A DNA stretch of 64,000 bases from Endomicrobiales bacterium (GTDB lineage: Bacteria > Elusimicrobiota > Endomicrobiia > Endomicrobiales > JALOBY01), in NCBI GenBank assembly GCA_963796955.1, contig CAWCNJ010000006.1, positions 127,111 through 191,110 on the forward strand, in the 5' to 3' direction. The notes below the pieces were generated by a model. The model ran no database searches and was not told where the DNA came from. It saw only the letters and a list, made by a program, of their open reading frames with translations. A program made the translations under genes and the position numbers. Below, one piece after another: positions 30,101-40,500 of this stretch. Each line of letters opens with the position of its first letter. Within the stretch, counting starts at the first letter, position 1.

Positions 30101-33100
30101 ACCGCGTGCAGACGATAGACGGAGACCTCAAGCGCAGTACCTGGTCTGCGGAAAGTAAGTTGTATATACCCATGGGGCCTGCGCCGGCAGCCATTACGAA
30201 CCTTACAGCGCTTACCGGCGCTTCCGGCGGAGAAATAAAGCTGAGCTGGACGTTCCCTGGCGCGGACGGCACAGCGAACAACCTAGTCGGCGGCGTATTT
30301 AAGATACGCTACTCATCCTACACTACCGGGTCAGCCGGGTTCTGGACCGATGCGGCCTCTAACTGGGTCGATCAGGTCAATAAATATCAGGTAACCATAG
30401 CAACGAATGCCACATTGAGCAAAACGCAATCAGCCACGCTGGTCGGTTTAACTCCCGGCGTAACGTATTATGCCCGCGCCTGGACCCGCGACGAGGTTGG
30501 CGTTGACAGTACCAGCTGGAACGGTAACTGGTCGGCGTTGTCTAACGGCGCGACCGCCTGGGCGATGACGGCAACATCACCGCAGGTAGTAAGCGACCTG
30601 GTGGCTACGAACAACAGCGCGATAGGCGCCGTTAAGCTTACCTGGACGGCCCCCGGCGGCAACGGGCAGACCGGCGACCTGAACGCAGGTTCCGCCTTTA
30701 AGATAGAATATTCGACGGTCAATGTCATCACCACCAATAACTTTACCGCAATGCAGTCCACCATGGCTATCCAGAGCATAACTATTTCCACGGTTACCAG
30801 GGCCATGACCACGCAAACCTATAACGTCGGCGGTCTGACGAACAATAAGCAATACTGGTTTGCGATCGAGACGGAAAACTCCCAGGGCAACTGGTCTACA
30901 TGGTATTCCTCCGCCACGGGAGACACACACACTACCTACAATATACTCGCAAGCACCGTTTGTTCCTTCGCCAATCATCAGCCCGCTATATCCAATCTGG
31001 AACAGTTGAATGGCTCACTGGTCTCCATGACTTCGTTTACCTGGACGAACTCCGGCACGCTTATGTCGTCTTTCACGATCAGCGATGCTGATTACGGCCA
31101 GCAGGTGCGGTTTGTTGTACAAATAACTTCCGCCACTAACAACGCCGGCGCCGCTAACTGGGCAACGCTATTCCAAACCGCCCGCTCAGGCCTGATTCCT
31201 CAGGGAACAACGACGTATATTTGGCCCGCATTGAACCCGAACGCATTCTACTGGTGGCGGGCGTGGGCGGAAGATTCGTACGGGTTATCCTCCACCACAT
31301 CAACGGCGCTCGTCAGCGGCGGCTCGGCCGTGCTCGCCTACAAAACACCGTTCAATCCGGCTTTTATAGAGCCGCAGCCCGGCTGGGGAATTGGTTGGCA
31401 TGGCCCGGCCGTTTCATGGGGAGATTTCAACGGTGACGGTTATCAAGACCTTGCCATCGGCGGTAACGATAGCAACAATCAGTATATGAGGGTGTACATG
31501 AACAACGGCGCGGGGGGCTTTAATTCTTATGTGGAGCCGCAGCCCGGCCACGGTGTGCGTCTGGGGGAGATGCAGTGGGGAGACTTTAATAACGACGGAA
31601 AACTGGACCTGGCCGTTACCGGTTACGATGGTGATCCAGGACTTTGCCGGGTTTATATAAACGCAGGCAACGGCACATTCAGTGCAAGTTATGTGGACGC
31701 AACCTCGGGCTGGGGAAGGTATTACGGCAACCTTGCCATGGGAGATTATAACAACGACGGCAACCTGGACCTGGCCGTTATCGGTACCGCCGACATAAAC
31801 CCGCTGCGCGTTTTCAGGATATACCGTAATAAAGGCGACGGCACCTTTGATACCAATTTTGTCTCGCCGCAATCAGGCTGGGGTATCAGCGGTGATGACA
31901 GTAACAGCACGGATTATACCCGTGTGGCCTGGGGTGACTTTGAGAACGACGGCGACCTGGATATAGCCACTTGCGGTATTGATACCAACAACACGCAGGT
32001 TATGCGCGTTTACAAAAATAACGGGGACGGTTCCTTTAATTCGACTGCGGCTTTGATAACGAACACCGTCTATGATCTGGCCTGGGGCGATTACGATAAC
32101 GACGGCTTTCTGGATGTTATTGCCGCATCGGCAACGACCATCTGCGCCTTCCGAAATAACGGCAACGGCACATTGAACGCAACGCCGGTAAATATACTGG
32201 GGAATCTTAACATTGCCAACACCAGGATATCCCTGGGAGATTATGATAACGACGGCAATATCGATATAGCTGCTACCGGCCAGGATATCGCGTCGGGTCA
32301 AGGTATGCTGCGGTTTTACCACAGCCTCGGCAACGGTAACTTCGATCAGTCCCCTGTGAATATACTGCCAGGGTGGGGAATGTACCAATGCGGGGCGATG
32401 GCGCTGGCGGATTATGACAATGACGGAGGTATTGATATCGCTGTAGCCGGCCAGGGAAGCGGAACGGCCACCGATTGTTATCTGCGCGTCTTCAATGATA
32501 TGCAGGCACAGCTCGGGAACGCAAATACTGCGCCGACGGCGCCGGCCATATCCAGTATGACCTTCAGCTACAGTGCGCCACAGAGCACTTTCACTATAAC
32601 CTGGCTGCCCGGCCAGTACGATGTAAGCCATTCATCCAATTCAGTTTATTATGAGCTGGCAGTTTCAACATTTTCCACAAGCCTTTCTGCCGACAGTAAA
32701 CGGCTTACGACTGGCGGCTGCTACCAGTCTCCCTGGAATTTCGGAACCCCGAACCTGGGCAGTTTCATCCGTCCCGCTGTCTCCACCAACTGGGCAGGCG
32801 TTAAGGGCACCCAGATGGTTGGCTATACCATTACGCCCTCAACAAATGATTATCTGCTGAACGCCACAACGTTCTATTTCCGAGTTCAGACCATAGACTC
32901 GGGACTAACGCGCAGCGCCTGGTCTTCGGAATATACCTGTCTTGCGTCGTCTTACGTCGCCCTTCCGGGAACGCCCGCCGGGATAACCGACTTGACCGCG
33001 GCAAACAATTCTTCCATCAGCGGGATCTCACTGGTCTGGACCGCCACCGGCGATAGCGGTCAGAGCGGTAATCTTACCAGCGGTTCTGTGTTTAAAGTTG

Positions 33101-36100
33101 AATATTCCACGGTAGGGATATTGACCACCGGCAATTTTGATTCGCCGCCGGCCGGTCTTGCGGTAACGACGGTAAATATCTCAACGACCGCGACCGCTAT
33201 GAGCCGGCAAAGCTACAACCTGCCCGGATTGCTTACCAACACGACGTATTGGTTCGCTATCAAGACCGAGAACGGCGAAGGCCAGTGGTCCACCTGGCAG
33301 TCTTCCTCGGACGCGGCGGCCTACAATCTTCGAGCCAGTACGGTATGTAAGTACACAAATTCCGCCCCTCTGGCGCCCTCAGGCCTGGTACAGTACGACG
33401 GTTCAATGGTAAGCCTTTCGTCGTTCACCTGGACGAACTCTAGCACGATCATCTCATCCTTCACGCTTACCGACCCGGATGCAGGCCAGCAGGTGAAATA
33501 CTGTTTGCAGATCACCACCGTTTCCAGCGCCGGTCTTGCCACTTGGACGAGCGGCTATTTTTGGAATTATACTTCCCCGCTTTTGAACCAGGGCACGACC
33601 ACCTATTACTGGCCCGCGCTTACAGCAGGTAATTACTACTGGTGGCGCGTTTGGGCGATAGATGCGTTCGGCGCGACCTCCTCAACCACCACGGCACTGA
33701 TGAGCGGCGGCGCGCCGGTGTTTGCCTACAAAACGCACTTTGATCCCGTTGCCAGAAATATAATCAACGGTTTAAGTGTGGCCAATGCATTTGCCGCTCT
33801 TGGCGATTTTGACGGTAACGGCACGCTGGATCTGGCGATCACCGGCAATACGGGTTCCGGCTTTGTCAGCAGGGTTTATAAAAATAACGGTGACGGGAGT
33901 TTTAACCAGGCGCCGGTATCCATACCGGTCATCCCCCTCGGCAGCGGCTTGTCCGACGGAGCGGTAGCCTGGGGCGATTTTGACAACGATGGGGATCTGG
34001 ATATCGCAATTAACGGCACGCTCAATCCCGGCAACAGGTTGTTTGTTTTCCGCGGTAACGGTAATGGAACATTCAACCCGTCGCCGATATACCCAAACCC
34101 AGGGTGGGGCGATACCGGAATGATCACCTGGGCTGATTTCAACAATGACGGCTACCTGGACCTTGCTGCTTCGGGATACGACGGATCGGCAGGCCACAAT
34201 TATATATTCCTGAACAACCGCCTTGGCGATTTTAATCACACTCCCGTGGAGCCTGATGCCACCTGGGGGCCGGCTAGCTTTGACAACTGGGTTTCCGCCG
34301 CCGATTTTAACAATGACGGTAATCTTGATCTTGCTGTCGTCGGCACCGATGCAGGATACAACGGGCATGCAAGGATATATAAAGGTAATGGCAATGGTAC
34401 CTTTAACGCTTCCTATGTATCGCTTGATGCCAACAACGATCAGGGCTATTCTTCCATCACCTTCGGTGACTATAACCTTGACGGCAACCTGGATGTCGAG
34501 GTGGGTGGTAACGATCTGTTCGCGGTGAACACGAATAACGGTAACGGTACTTTCGGAACGGCTGTAACGCCTGAAGGCGGGGCCGGCGGCGGGCAGTTCG
34601 GTAACAATTTTGGCGGTGTATTTGCTGCCTGGGCTGATATTAACAACGACGGTAAACCCGATATGGTGGTCAGCGGGTATCGGGAAACGAATTCGGGCAT
34701 GGTTCGTCTTGAGCTGAACAACGGTAATGGAACATTCACTCCCACTGAGATCCAGCCGGCATTGCAAAGTTTCTGTCAGGTAGCACTTGGTGACCTGGAT
34801 AACGACGGCGATGTCGACGCGGTAATGTTGGGTTCTTCTCCAAATTATTATCTTGCGGCCTTCTTCAACAAGAACAGTGATATGGGGAATGCGAATACCA
34901 TCCCTGTGCCGCCCGCAGGCTTGTCGTATCAGTCTTCGTATAACATAACGAATTCAACGGTTGTCGTTACCTGGCCTGCGGCGCAGTATGACGCAGGTAT
35001 GTCTTCCCGCACCCTTTCTTTCCAGGTCGTCATTGCATCCGTGCCCATGACGCTCGCAACCGACCAGACGAAGATAGCATCGCCGGGCGCGTTTTTAACT
35101 ACCTGGGTCTCTCAGGGCGACGGATTCGGGGCGTTTAACCGGCCGAACTTCAGCTACCGGTTGAACCTGAGCACCGCGGGAATTACCGCAGATACCTCCT
35201 ATTACTACCGTGTACAGACGATAGACGGCAGCCTTGCGCGCAGCACCTGGTCTGCGGAAAGTAAGTTGTATATGCCTATGGGCCTGGCGCCTGCTGCCAT
35301 TACCAACCTTACCGCATTGAAAGGCAATTCCGGCGGCGAACTGAAACTAAGCTGGACCTCTCCGGGCGCGGACGGCACCGCGAACAACATATACGGCGGC
35401 GTCTTTAAAATACGCTATTCCACCTACACCATCGCATCAGCCGGCTTCTGGACGGACGCGGCAACCAACTGGACGGATCCGGTAAACAAATATCAGATAA
35501 CGATACCCACAAATTCTGTGCCGAGCGTAACGCAGTCGGCAACCCTTGTCGGGCTTACTCCCGGCGGGACGTATTACATCTGCGCCTGGACGAGGGATGA
35601 AGTGGGTGTGGACAGTACCAGCTGGAACGGTAACTGGTCGGCGTTGTCCAACGGCGCAACTGCCTGGGCTATGACGGCAACTGCGCCGCAGGTGGTAAGC
35701 GACCTGGTGGCTGTCAACAATGCCGCATTGGGCGTCATCAATCTTACCTGGACTGCTCCGGGCGGTAACGGACAAACGGGCGACCTGAACGCAGGTTCCG
35801 CCTTCAAGATAGAATATTCGACGGTGAACGTTATAACTACCAATAATTTTACCGTCATGCAGTCCACTATGGCTATCCAGAGCATAACTATTTCAACGGT
35901 AACTACTGCCATGAGCAGGCAAAGCTATAACGTAGGAGGGCTTACCAGCGGCAAACAATACTGGTTCGCGATCGAAACGGAAAATTCCCAAGCCGCCTGG
36001 TCTACGTGGTACTCTTCAGCTACAGGGGACGGTCATACCACCTACAACATACTGGCAAGCACGATCTGTTCATACACCAACCATGCGCCAACCATATCCA

Positions 36101-37527
36101 GTCTGGAACAGTTGAACGGTTCGATGGTGTCAATGTCTTCGTTTACCTGGACGAATGCCGCTACGATCATTTCGTTGTTCACTATCAGGGATACCGACCT
36201 GGGCCAGCAGGAGAAATATCATATACAAATATCTACGGTTATAAGTGCGTCGGGTCTTGCCACCTGGACGAGCGGGTATTTTGTCAATTATACGTCGACG
36301 CTGATAACCCAGGGTACCACGGCATATTATTGGCCCGTGCTGACGGCCGGCAATTTCTATTGGTGGCGCGCCTGGGTGGAAGACCAGTATGGCCTATCGT
36401 CGGCTACTTCAACGGCGCTGGTAAGCGGCGGTGCTGCGGTACTGGCGTATAAAACAGTGTTCAATCCGATATACACTGAACCGCAGCCGGGGTATGGGTA
36501 TGGTGTAAGTTTCGGCTCATCGCTCTCCATGGGTGATTTTGACGGCGATGGGTATCAGGATATCGCGGCCTGCGGCATACGGCAGGATGGATATTACACC
36601 GCCGTGTATTTGAACAATAGTTTCGGTGATGGAACATTCAGTGCAAACTATATTGAGCCACAGCCAGGGCTGGGCGGGGTAAGCAACGGCGATGTCGCCT
36701 GGGGTGACTTCAATAATGACGGCAAACTTGACCTTGCGGTCACGGGCTACAACGGCGATCCGGGTATACTCAGGGTGTATATCAATGCGGGGAATAATTC
36801 ATTCTCCGGATACGTTGAGCCGACTCCCGGCTGGGGCCGTTATTGGAGCGCCGTCGCCTGGGGTGATTATAATAACGACGGTAACCTTGATCTTGCGATG
36901 TACGGCGGCGATGACAGCAGCTCCGCAGACGGTATATGCAGGATATACCGCAATAAGGGCGACGGGTCGTTCGATCCGAACTATTATGTGCCGACGGCCG
37001 GCTGGGGCATGAGTTACAATAATACCAATATCGGACGTATCGCCTGGGCGGATTATGACAACGACGGCGATCTGGATATCGCTTTCAGCGGCGACGATAA
37101 CAGCGGTGTGCATGCGCAACGCGTGTACCGCAACAACGGCGACGGCACTTTCTCGGCCGCGCCGGTGTTTACATTAAGCTGGAATGCAGATGATATAGCT
37201 TGGGGCGACTACAATAACGACGGCTTTTTGGACCTCATGGCTACGTCCGGCAATACGGTGGTGGTATATCCCAATAACGGCAATGGTACCATCAACTCGA
37301 CGCCGGTCACCTTAGTCACAAATACGCTAAGCGCATGCCATCTGGTGCTGGGCGATTATGATAACGACGGTAATACCGATGCCGGCGTGATCGGCCAGTC
37401 TAATGGCGCCGGTGTTCTGAAATTCTATCATAACCATGGCAACGGTACGTTTGATGCCACAGATGTTACGCCGCTGCCGGGATGGGGCATTTACGGCAAG
37501 GGTAACATAAGGCTCTGGGGATGTTAA
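26932..37527 (+). CDS. Giant FG-GAP/FN3 adhesin, middle segment of the same frameshifted gene
   Basis: Starts and ends inside FG-GAP blades, has no signal peptide and shows the same module cycle as the flanking segments. Confidence 0.85.
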   Translation: MAGNAGGTYSMSIYRNQNSTFAFGSAPVFEYDPVSAAAWGDFNNDGFMDFAGVDSNSRVAVFLNTGNFTFNTVSPIVLTSTINNFTNVAAGDVDNDGLSDVFVAGSTGTALYYNRNGSFVNQPTFPFWPLYADESIALADYNADGALDAAFAGGDLLGADYFRVFNGKQTNTAPVPPSPSVTLTYSGAAVNRSTFTVTWPPSQYDTGNSSNSLYYQVEVSTFPTALSGDALRITTGGRYQNPWNFGTPGLGGFVRPAVSTSWAGVTGSQMQGFMFSPSTATLAASTSFYFRVQTIDAGLKRSTWSAEYMCVIATYAPSGVTDLTATTNIGINGISLAWTAPGDHALSGNLTSGSQFKIEYSSVGIINTANFDSPPANLAATAIYISTVTTARSRQSWSVPNLQNNTVYWFAVKTENSAGLWSVWQSSADVATYNLQASTRCVAVNHAPNAPANLVQYDGSFVSLSSFTWTNSSTIISSFTLTDPDAGQQVKYCLQITTVSSAGLATWTSGYFWNYTSPLLNQGTTTYYWPTLTAGKFYWWRVWAIDAANATSSTSTALSSGGAAVLTYKTDFDPNGIRIVPGLGLYGNDVYSQLALGDFDNNGTLDLAVTGEDINSLFDFRVYSGNGDGTFNFLPALRNDGTYFASLAWGDYNNDGDLDIALSAGNIENTIGLYVYRNKGNGTFDTTPLQPAGAGVGIGGGLAWGDFNNDGFLDLAASGWINATTEKFYIYKNNCNGSFNTTPVQPDSAMLFGGYEGSPISCADFNNDGLLDISVCADYWQSRLYKNDGDGTFTITNVGVTDVPYGQAYAFGDYDNDGSLDIASPGGVYQNNGAGSFSMGPALPSNGDYYCPSSWADFNNDGKLDLVESGGFDYEYLIELTNNGSSGFSGTEIMPGFGLGDASLAVGDVDNDGDTDIIASGGNGAANLLLFKNKNSEMGNANIAPVPPSGLSYQSSYFISNSTVIITWPAAQYDTGMSSRTLSFQVVIASAPMMLASNQSLITSPGAFITTWAAEADGFGTFNRPVAKIWGSDISPKFGYQLNLTTASITGDTSYYYRVQTIDGDLKRSTWSAESKLYIPMGPAPAAITNLTALTGASGGEIKLSWTFPGADGTANNLVGGVFKIRYSSYTTGSAGFWTDAASNWVDQVNKYQVTIATNATLSKTQSATLVGLTPGVTYYARAWTRDEVGVDSTSWNGNWSALSNGATAWAMTATSPQVVSDLVATNNSAIGAVKLTWTAPGGNGQTGDLNAGSAFKIEYSTVNVITTNNFTAMQSTMAIQSITISTVTRAMTTQTYNVGGLTNNKQYWFAIETENSQGNWSTWYSSATGDTHTTYNILASTVCSFANHQPAISNLEQLNGSLVSMTSFTWTNSGTLMSSFTISDADYGQQVRFVVQITSATNNAGAANWATLFQTARSGLIPQGTTTYIWPALNPNAFYWWRAWAEDSYGLSSTTSTALVSGGSAVLAYKTPFNPAFIEPQPGWGIGWHGPAVSWGDFNGDGYQDLAIGGNDSNNQYMRVYMNNGAGGFNSYVEPQPGHGVRLGEMQWGDFNNDGKLDLAVTGYDGDPGLCRVYINAGNGTFSASYVDATSGWGRYYGNLAMGDYNNDGNLDLAVIGTADINPLRVFRIYRNKGDGTFDTNFVSPQSGWGISGDDSNSTDYTRVAWGDFENDGDLDIATCGIDTNNTQVMRVYKNNGDGSFNSTAALITNTVYDLAWGDYDNDGFLDVIAASATTICAFRNNGNGTLNATPVNILGNLNIANTRISLGDYDNDGNIDIAATGQDIASGQGMLRFYHSLGNGNFDQSPVNILPGWGMYQCGAMALADYDNDGGIDIAVAGQGSGTATDCYLRVFNDMQAQLGNANTAPTAPAISSMTFSYSAPQSTFTITWLPGQYDVSHSSNSVYYELAVSTFSTSLSADSKRLTTGGCYQSPWNFGTPNLGSFIRPAVSTNWAGVKGTQMVGYTITPSTNDYLLNATTFYFRVQTIDSGLTRSAWSSEYTCLASSYVALPGTPAGITDLTAANNSSISGISLVWTATGDSGQSGNLTSGSVFKVEYSTVGILTTGNFDSPPAGLAVTTVNISTTATAMSRQSYNLPGLLTNTTYWFAIKTENGEGQWSTWQSSSDAAAYNLRASTVCKYTNSAPLAPSGLVQYDGSMVSLSSFTWTNSSTIISSFTLTDPDAGQQVKYCLQITTVSSAGLATWTSGYFWNYTSPLLNQGTTTYYWPALTAGNYYWWRVWAIDAFGATSSTTTALMSGGAPVFAYKTHFDPVARNIINGLSVANAFAALGDFDGNGTLDLAITGNTGSGFVSRVYKNNGDGSFNQAPVSIPVIPLGSGLSDGAVAWGDFDNDGDLDIAINGTLNPGNRLFVFRGNGNGTFNPSPIYPNPGWGDTGMITWADFNNDGYLDLAASGYDGSAGHNYIFLNNRLGDFNHTPVEPDATWGPASFDNWVSAADFNNDGNLDLAVVGTDAGYNGHARIYKGNGNGTFNASYVSLDANNDQGYSSITFGDYNLDGNLDVEVGGNDLFAVNTNNGNGTFGTAVTPEGGAGGGQFGNNFGGVFAAWADINNDGKPDMVVSGYRETNSGMVRLELNNGNGTFTPTEIQPALQSFCQVALGDLDNDGDVDAVMLGSSPNYYLAAFFNKNSDMGNANTIPVPPAGLSYQSSYNITNSTVVVTWPAAQYDAGMSSRTLSFQVVIASVPMTLATDQTKIASPGAFLTTWVSQGDGFGAFNRPNFSYRLNLSTAGITADTSYYYRVQTIDGSLARSTWSAESKLYMPMGLAPAAITNLTALKGNSGGELKLSWTSPGADGTANNIYGGVFKIRYSTYTIASAGFWTDAATNWTDPVNKYQITIPTNSVPSVTQSATLVGLTPGGTYYICAWTRDEVGVDSTSWNGNWSALSNGATAWAMTATAPQVVSDLVAVNNAALGVINLTWTAPGGNGQTGDLNAGSAFKIEYSTVNVITTNNFTVMQSTMAIQSITISTVTTAMSRQSYNVGGLTSGKQYWFAIETENSQAAWSTWYSSATGDGHTTYNILASTICSYTNHAPTISSLEQLNGSMVSMSSFTWTNAATIISLFTIRDTDLGQQEKYHIQISTVISASGLATWTSGYFVNYTSTLITQGTTAYYWPVLTAGNFYWWRAWVEDQYGLSSATSTALVSGGAAVLAYKTVFNPIYTEPQPGYGYGVSFGSSLSMGDFDGDGYQDIAACGIRQDGYYTAVYLNNSFGDGTFSANYIEPQPGLGGVSNGDVAWGDFNNDGKLDLAVTGYNGDPGILRVYINAGNNSFSGYVEPTPGWGRYWSAVAWGDYNNDGNLDLAMYGGDDSSSADGICRIYRNKGDGSFDPNYYVPTAGWGMSYNNTNIGRIAWADYDNDGDLDIAFSGDDNSGVHAQRVYRNNGDGTFSAAPVFTLSWNADDIAWGDYNNDGFLDLMATSGNTVVVYPNNGNGTINSTPVTLVTNTLSACHLVLGDYDNDGNTDAGVIGQSNGAGVLKFYHNHGNGTFDATDVTPLPGWGIYGKGNIRLWGC

Positions 37528-37540
37528 TAATGACGGTGTT

Positions 37541-40500
37541 TTGGATGTTGCCGTAACAGGGGGCGATGCAGGCAATAATCCCTATTTCCGCGTTTTCCAG
37601 AATATGGAAGCTCAGCTGGGCGCCGGCAACACAGCGCCTGTGCCGCCTGCTATTTCCAATGTTAATTTCAACTACAGCGCTTCACGCAGCACGTTTACCA
37701 TAACCTGGAATCCTGCGCAATATGACGTAAGCCACTCATCCTGCTCGCTCTATTTCAACGTGGAAGCTTCTACTTCGCCGACGACGCTTTCCGCGAACAA
37801 AATGGGAATGACCGTACCCAACAGCCATTTTGTGCAGACTTGGAATTTCGGCAGTCCAAATCAGGGCAGCTATATCCGGCCCTCAGTTTCCACCAACTGG
37901 GCCGGTGTTGCCGGCACGTCGATGGTCGGCTATACTCTGGCTCCCGCGACGAATACCTGGCTGTTGAACGCTACCACGTTTTATTTCCGCGTCCAAACCA
38001 TCGATTCTGGCCTGATGCGCAGCACCTGGTCGGCGGAGTTTTCCTGCTTTGCCTCTACCGGGGCGGCCGATATCACGCCGCCGGCGGCGATAACGAACAT
38101 CGCCGCAGTTACCGGTTTTACAGCCGGAACGATAAATTTAGCCTGGACCGCTCCCGGTGATGACGGCATAACCGGCAGCATAGTCGGGGGTGCCTTCAAG
38201 ATCAGATATTCCACTTTCACGCCTGCATCGTGGAGCGATGCGGCCGCGAACTGGACGGATTTCACCAATAAATACCAACTCACGATCGCGACGGATGCGG
38301 TGCCCAGCGTTACGCAGTCGTATACCCTCACCGGTTTAACGGGTGGCGTAACGTACTATATTCGCGCCTGGACGCGCGATGAGGTTGGCGTAGACAGCAC
38401 CAGCTGGAACGGCAACTGGTCGGCGTTGTCTAACGGCGCTACCAGCTGGGCGCAGATAAACCACGCGCCCAACGCCCCGGCGAACCTTGCGCAGCTGGAC
38501 GCTTCGCTGGCAAATCTCTCATCCTTCACCTGGACGAATTCAGGCACGATAATTTCTTCATTTACGCTCACCGACCCCGACGCCGGCACACAGGTGCGGT
38601 TCAATCTGCAAATAACTTCCGTTACAACCGGCGGCGCGGCCGATTGGTCAAGATTGTTCGTCAGCACCCGTTCCGCATTATTAAATCAGGGGACTACAAC
38701 GTTTATCTGGCCGACGTTGAACCCGAACGCCTTCTACTGGTGGCGCGTATGGACGGAAGACAGCGGCGGTCTTACCTCTTCGACCTCTACTGCCCTGATG
38801 AACGGCGGACCGGCTGTTCTTGCTTACAAAACGCCGTTTGACCCGAGGTTCGTTGAGCCTACACCGGGCTGGGGATGCGGGCATTACGGCTCGGCGCTGG
38901 CTTGGGGAGATCTTAACGGCGACGGCAATCAAGAACTTGCGGTAGCGGGTATCATAGGCACAACACCGCAAACACACATATACATGAACAATGGCGATGG
39001 CACATTCAACCCGTCGTATAACACCCTTCCATCGGGCGTAGAGATCGGCTGTCCGGACCTGCAATTTAGTGATTTTAATAACGATGGAAAAATGGACCTG
39101 CTTGCCGCCGGCTGGCCCAGCGCCGACCCCGGTATCGTAAGAATATATCTTGGCAATGGCGATGGCACATTAAATCCCACGTATGTTGACGCGATGCCCG
39201 GTTATGGCAGGTATTGGATATCGGCCCGCCTCGGCGATTATGATAACGACGGTAACCTGGATATCGCGATAACCGGTTCTGATGATGCCGGGCCGCAGAC
39301 CTCTACCTTCAGGATATATCACAACAAAGGAGACGGGACATTTGACGCTAATTTCATAGAGCCAAACCCCGGTTGGGGAGTTTCAAATCAGGGACCAGGT
39401 TGGGATCCTGTTGGTGGTCGTCTGCTCTGGGGCGACTACGATAATGACGGCGACCTGGACATCGCCTTATGCGGCCAGGACATTAACAACAACCAGCTGA
39501 TGCGCATCTACCGCAACAGCGGTACGGGTACGTTTTTTAGCGCAACGCCAATTATGCAGGTCAGCGATATAAACGATATTGCCTGGATAGATTATGACAA
39601 TAACGGGTACCTGGATATAGCGTCTTTCTCCGATGCTTCACAGAGAACACGGATTTACAAAAATAACGGCGATGGCACATTCAATGCCACACCCGTGGAG
39701 TTATTCCCCGGTGTGTCTATGCAACACACGAAGATAGCTGTAGGCGATTATGACAATGACGGTAACCCTGATATGTACCTTGTCGGCTGGAACTCGGTTC
39801 AGGGCGACATGGCGGGAGTTTACCGTAACCATGGTGACGGGACGTTTGAGCAGGGCATGATAGCCACCATGCCGGGGTGGGGCATTAATAGCAGCGGAGC
39901 AGTCGCGCTTTCCGATTTTAACAATGACGGCGGGTTGGATATGGCCGTGCAAGGTTTTGGTACCGGTGGCAATCTTAATTTAGGCGTTTTCAAAAATATG
40001 GAAGGGCAACTGGCCAACGCGAATGCACCGCCCATTCCGCCTTCGGCAAGCTTAAATTTCAACTACGGCGCAACAAAGAGCACGTTCACTATAACCTGGC
40101 TGCCGGGTCAGTACGATGTGGGTCATTCGTCTAATTCAGTTTACTTTAATGTTGAAGTTTCGACTTTCCAAACAGCTGTTTCAGCGGATAGAACCAGGAT
40201 AACAAGCGCCGGGCATTTCCAGGAGCCATGGAATTTCGGCAGCCCTAACCTTGGGAACTTTATTCGTCCCGCAGTATCCACAAATTGGGCGGGCGTGACT
40301 GGTACGCAAATGGTGGGCTATACCTTCATGCCATCCACCAGCGCCCTTATGCTGAATGCCACGTACTACTTCCGTACGCAGACGATAGATTCCAGCCTTG
40401 CGCGAAGCACGTGGTCTGTGGAGCAGTCGTACTATTGTAATGACACCATGCCGCCCTCGGCGTTAACTAACCTCGCTGCTGTCACAGGTTTTGGCCCCGG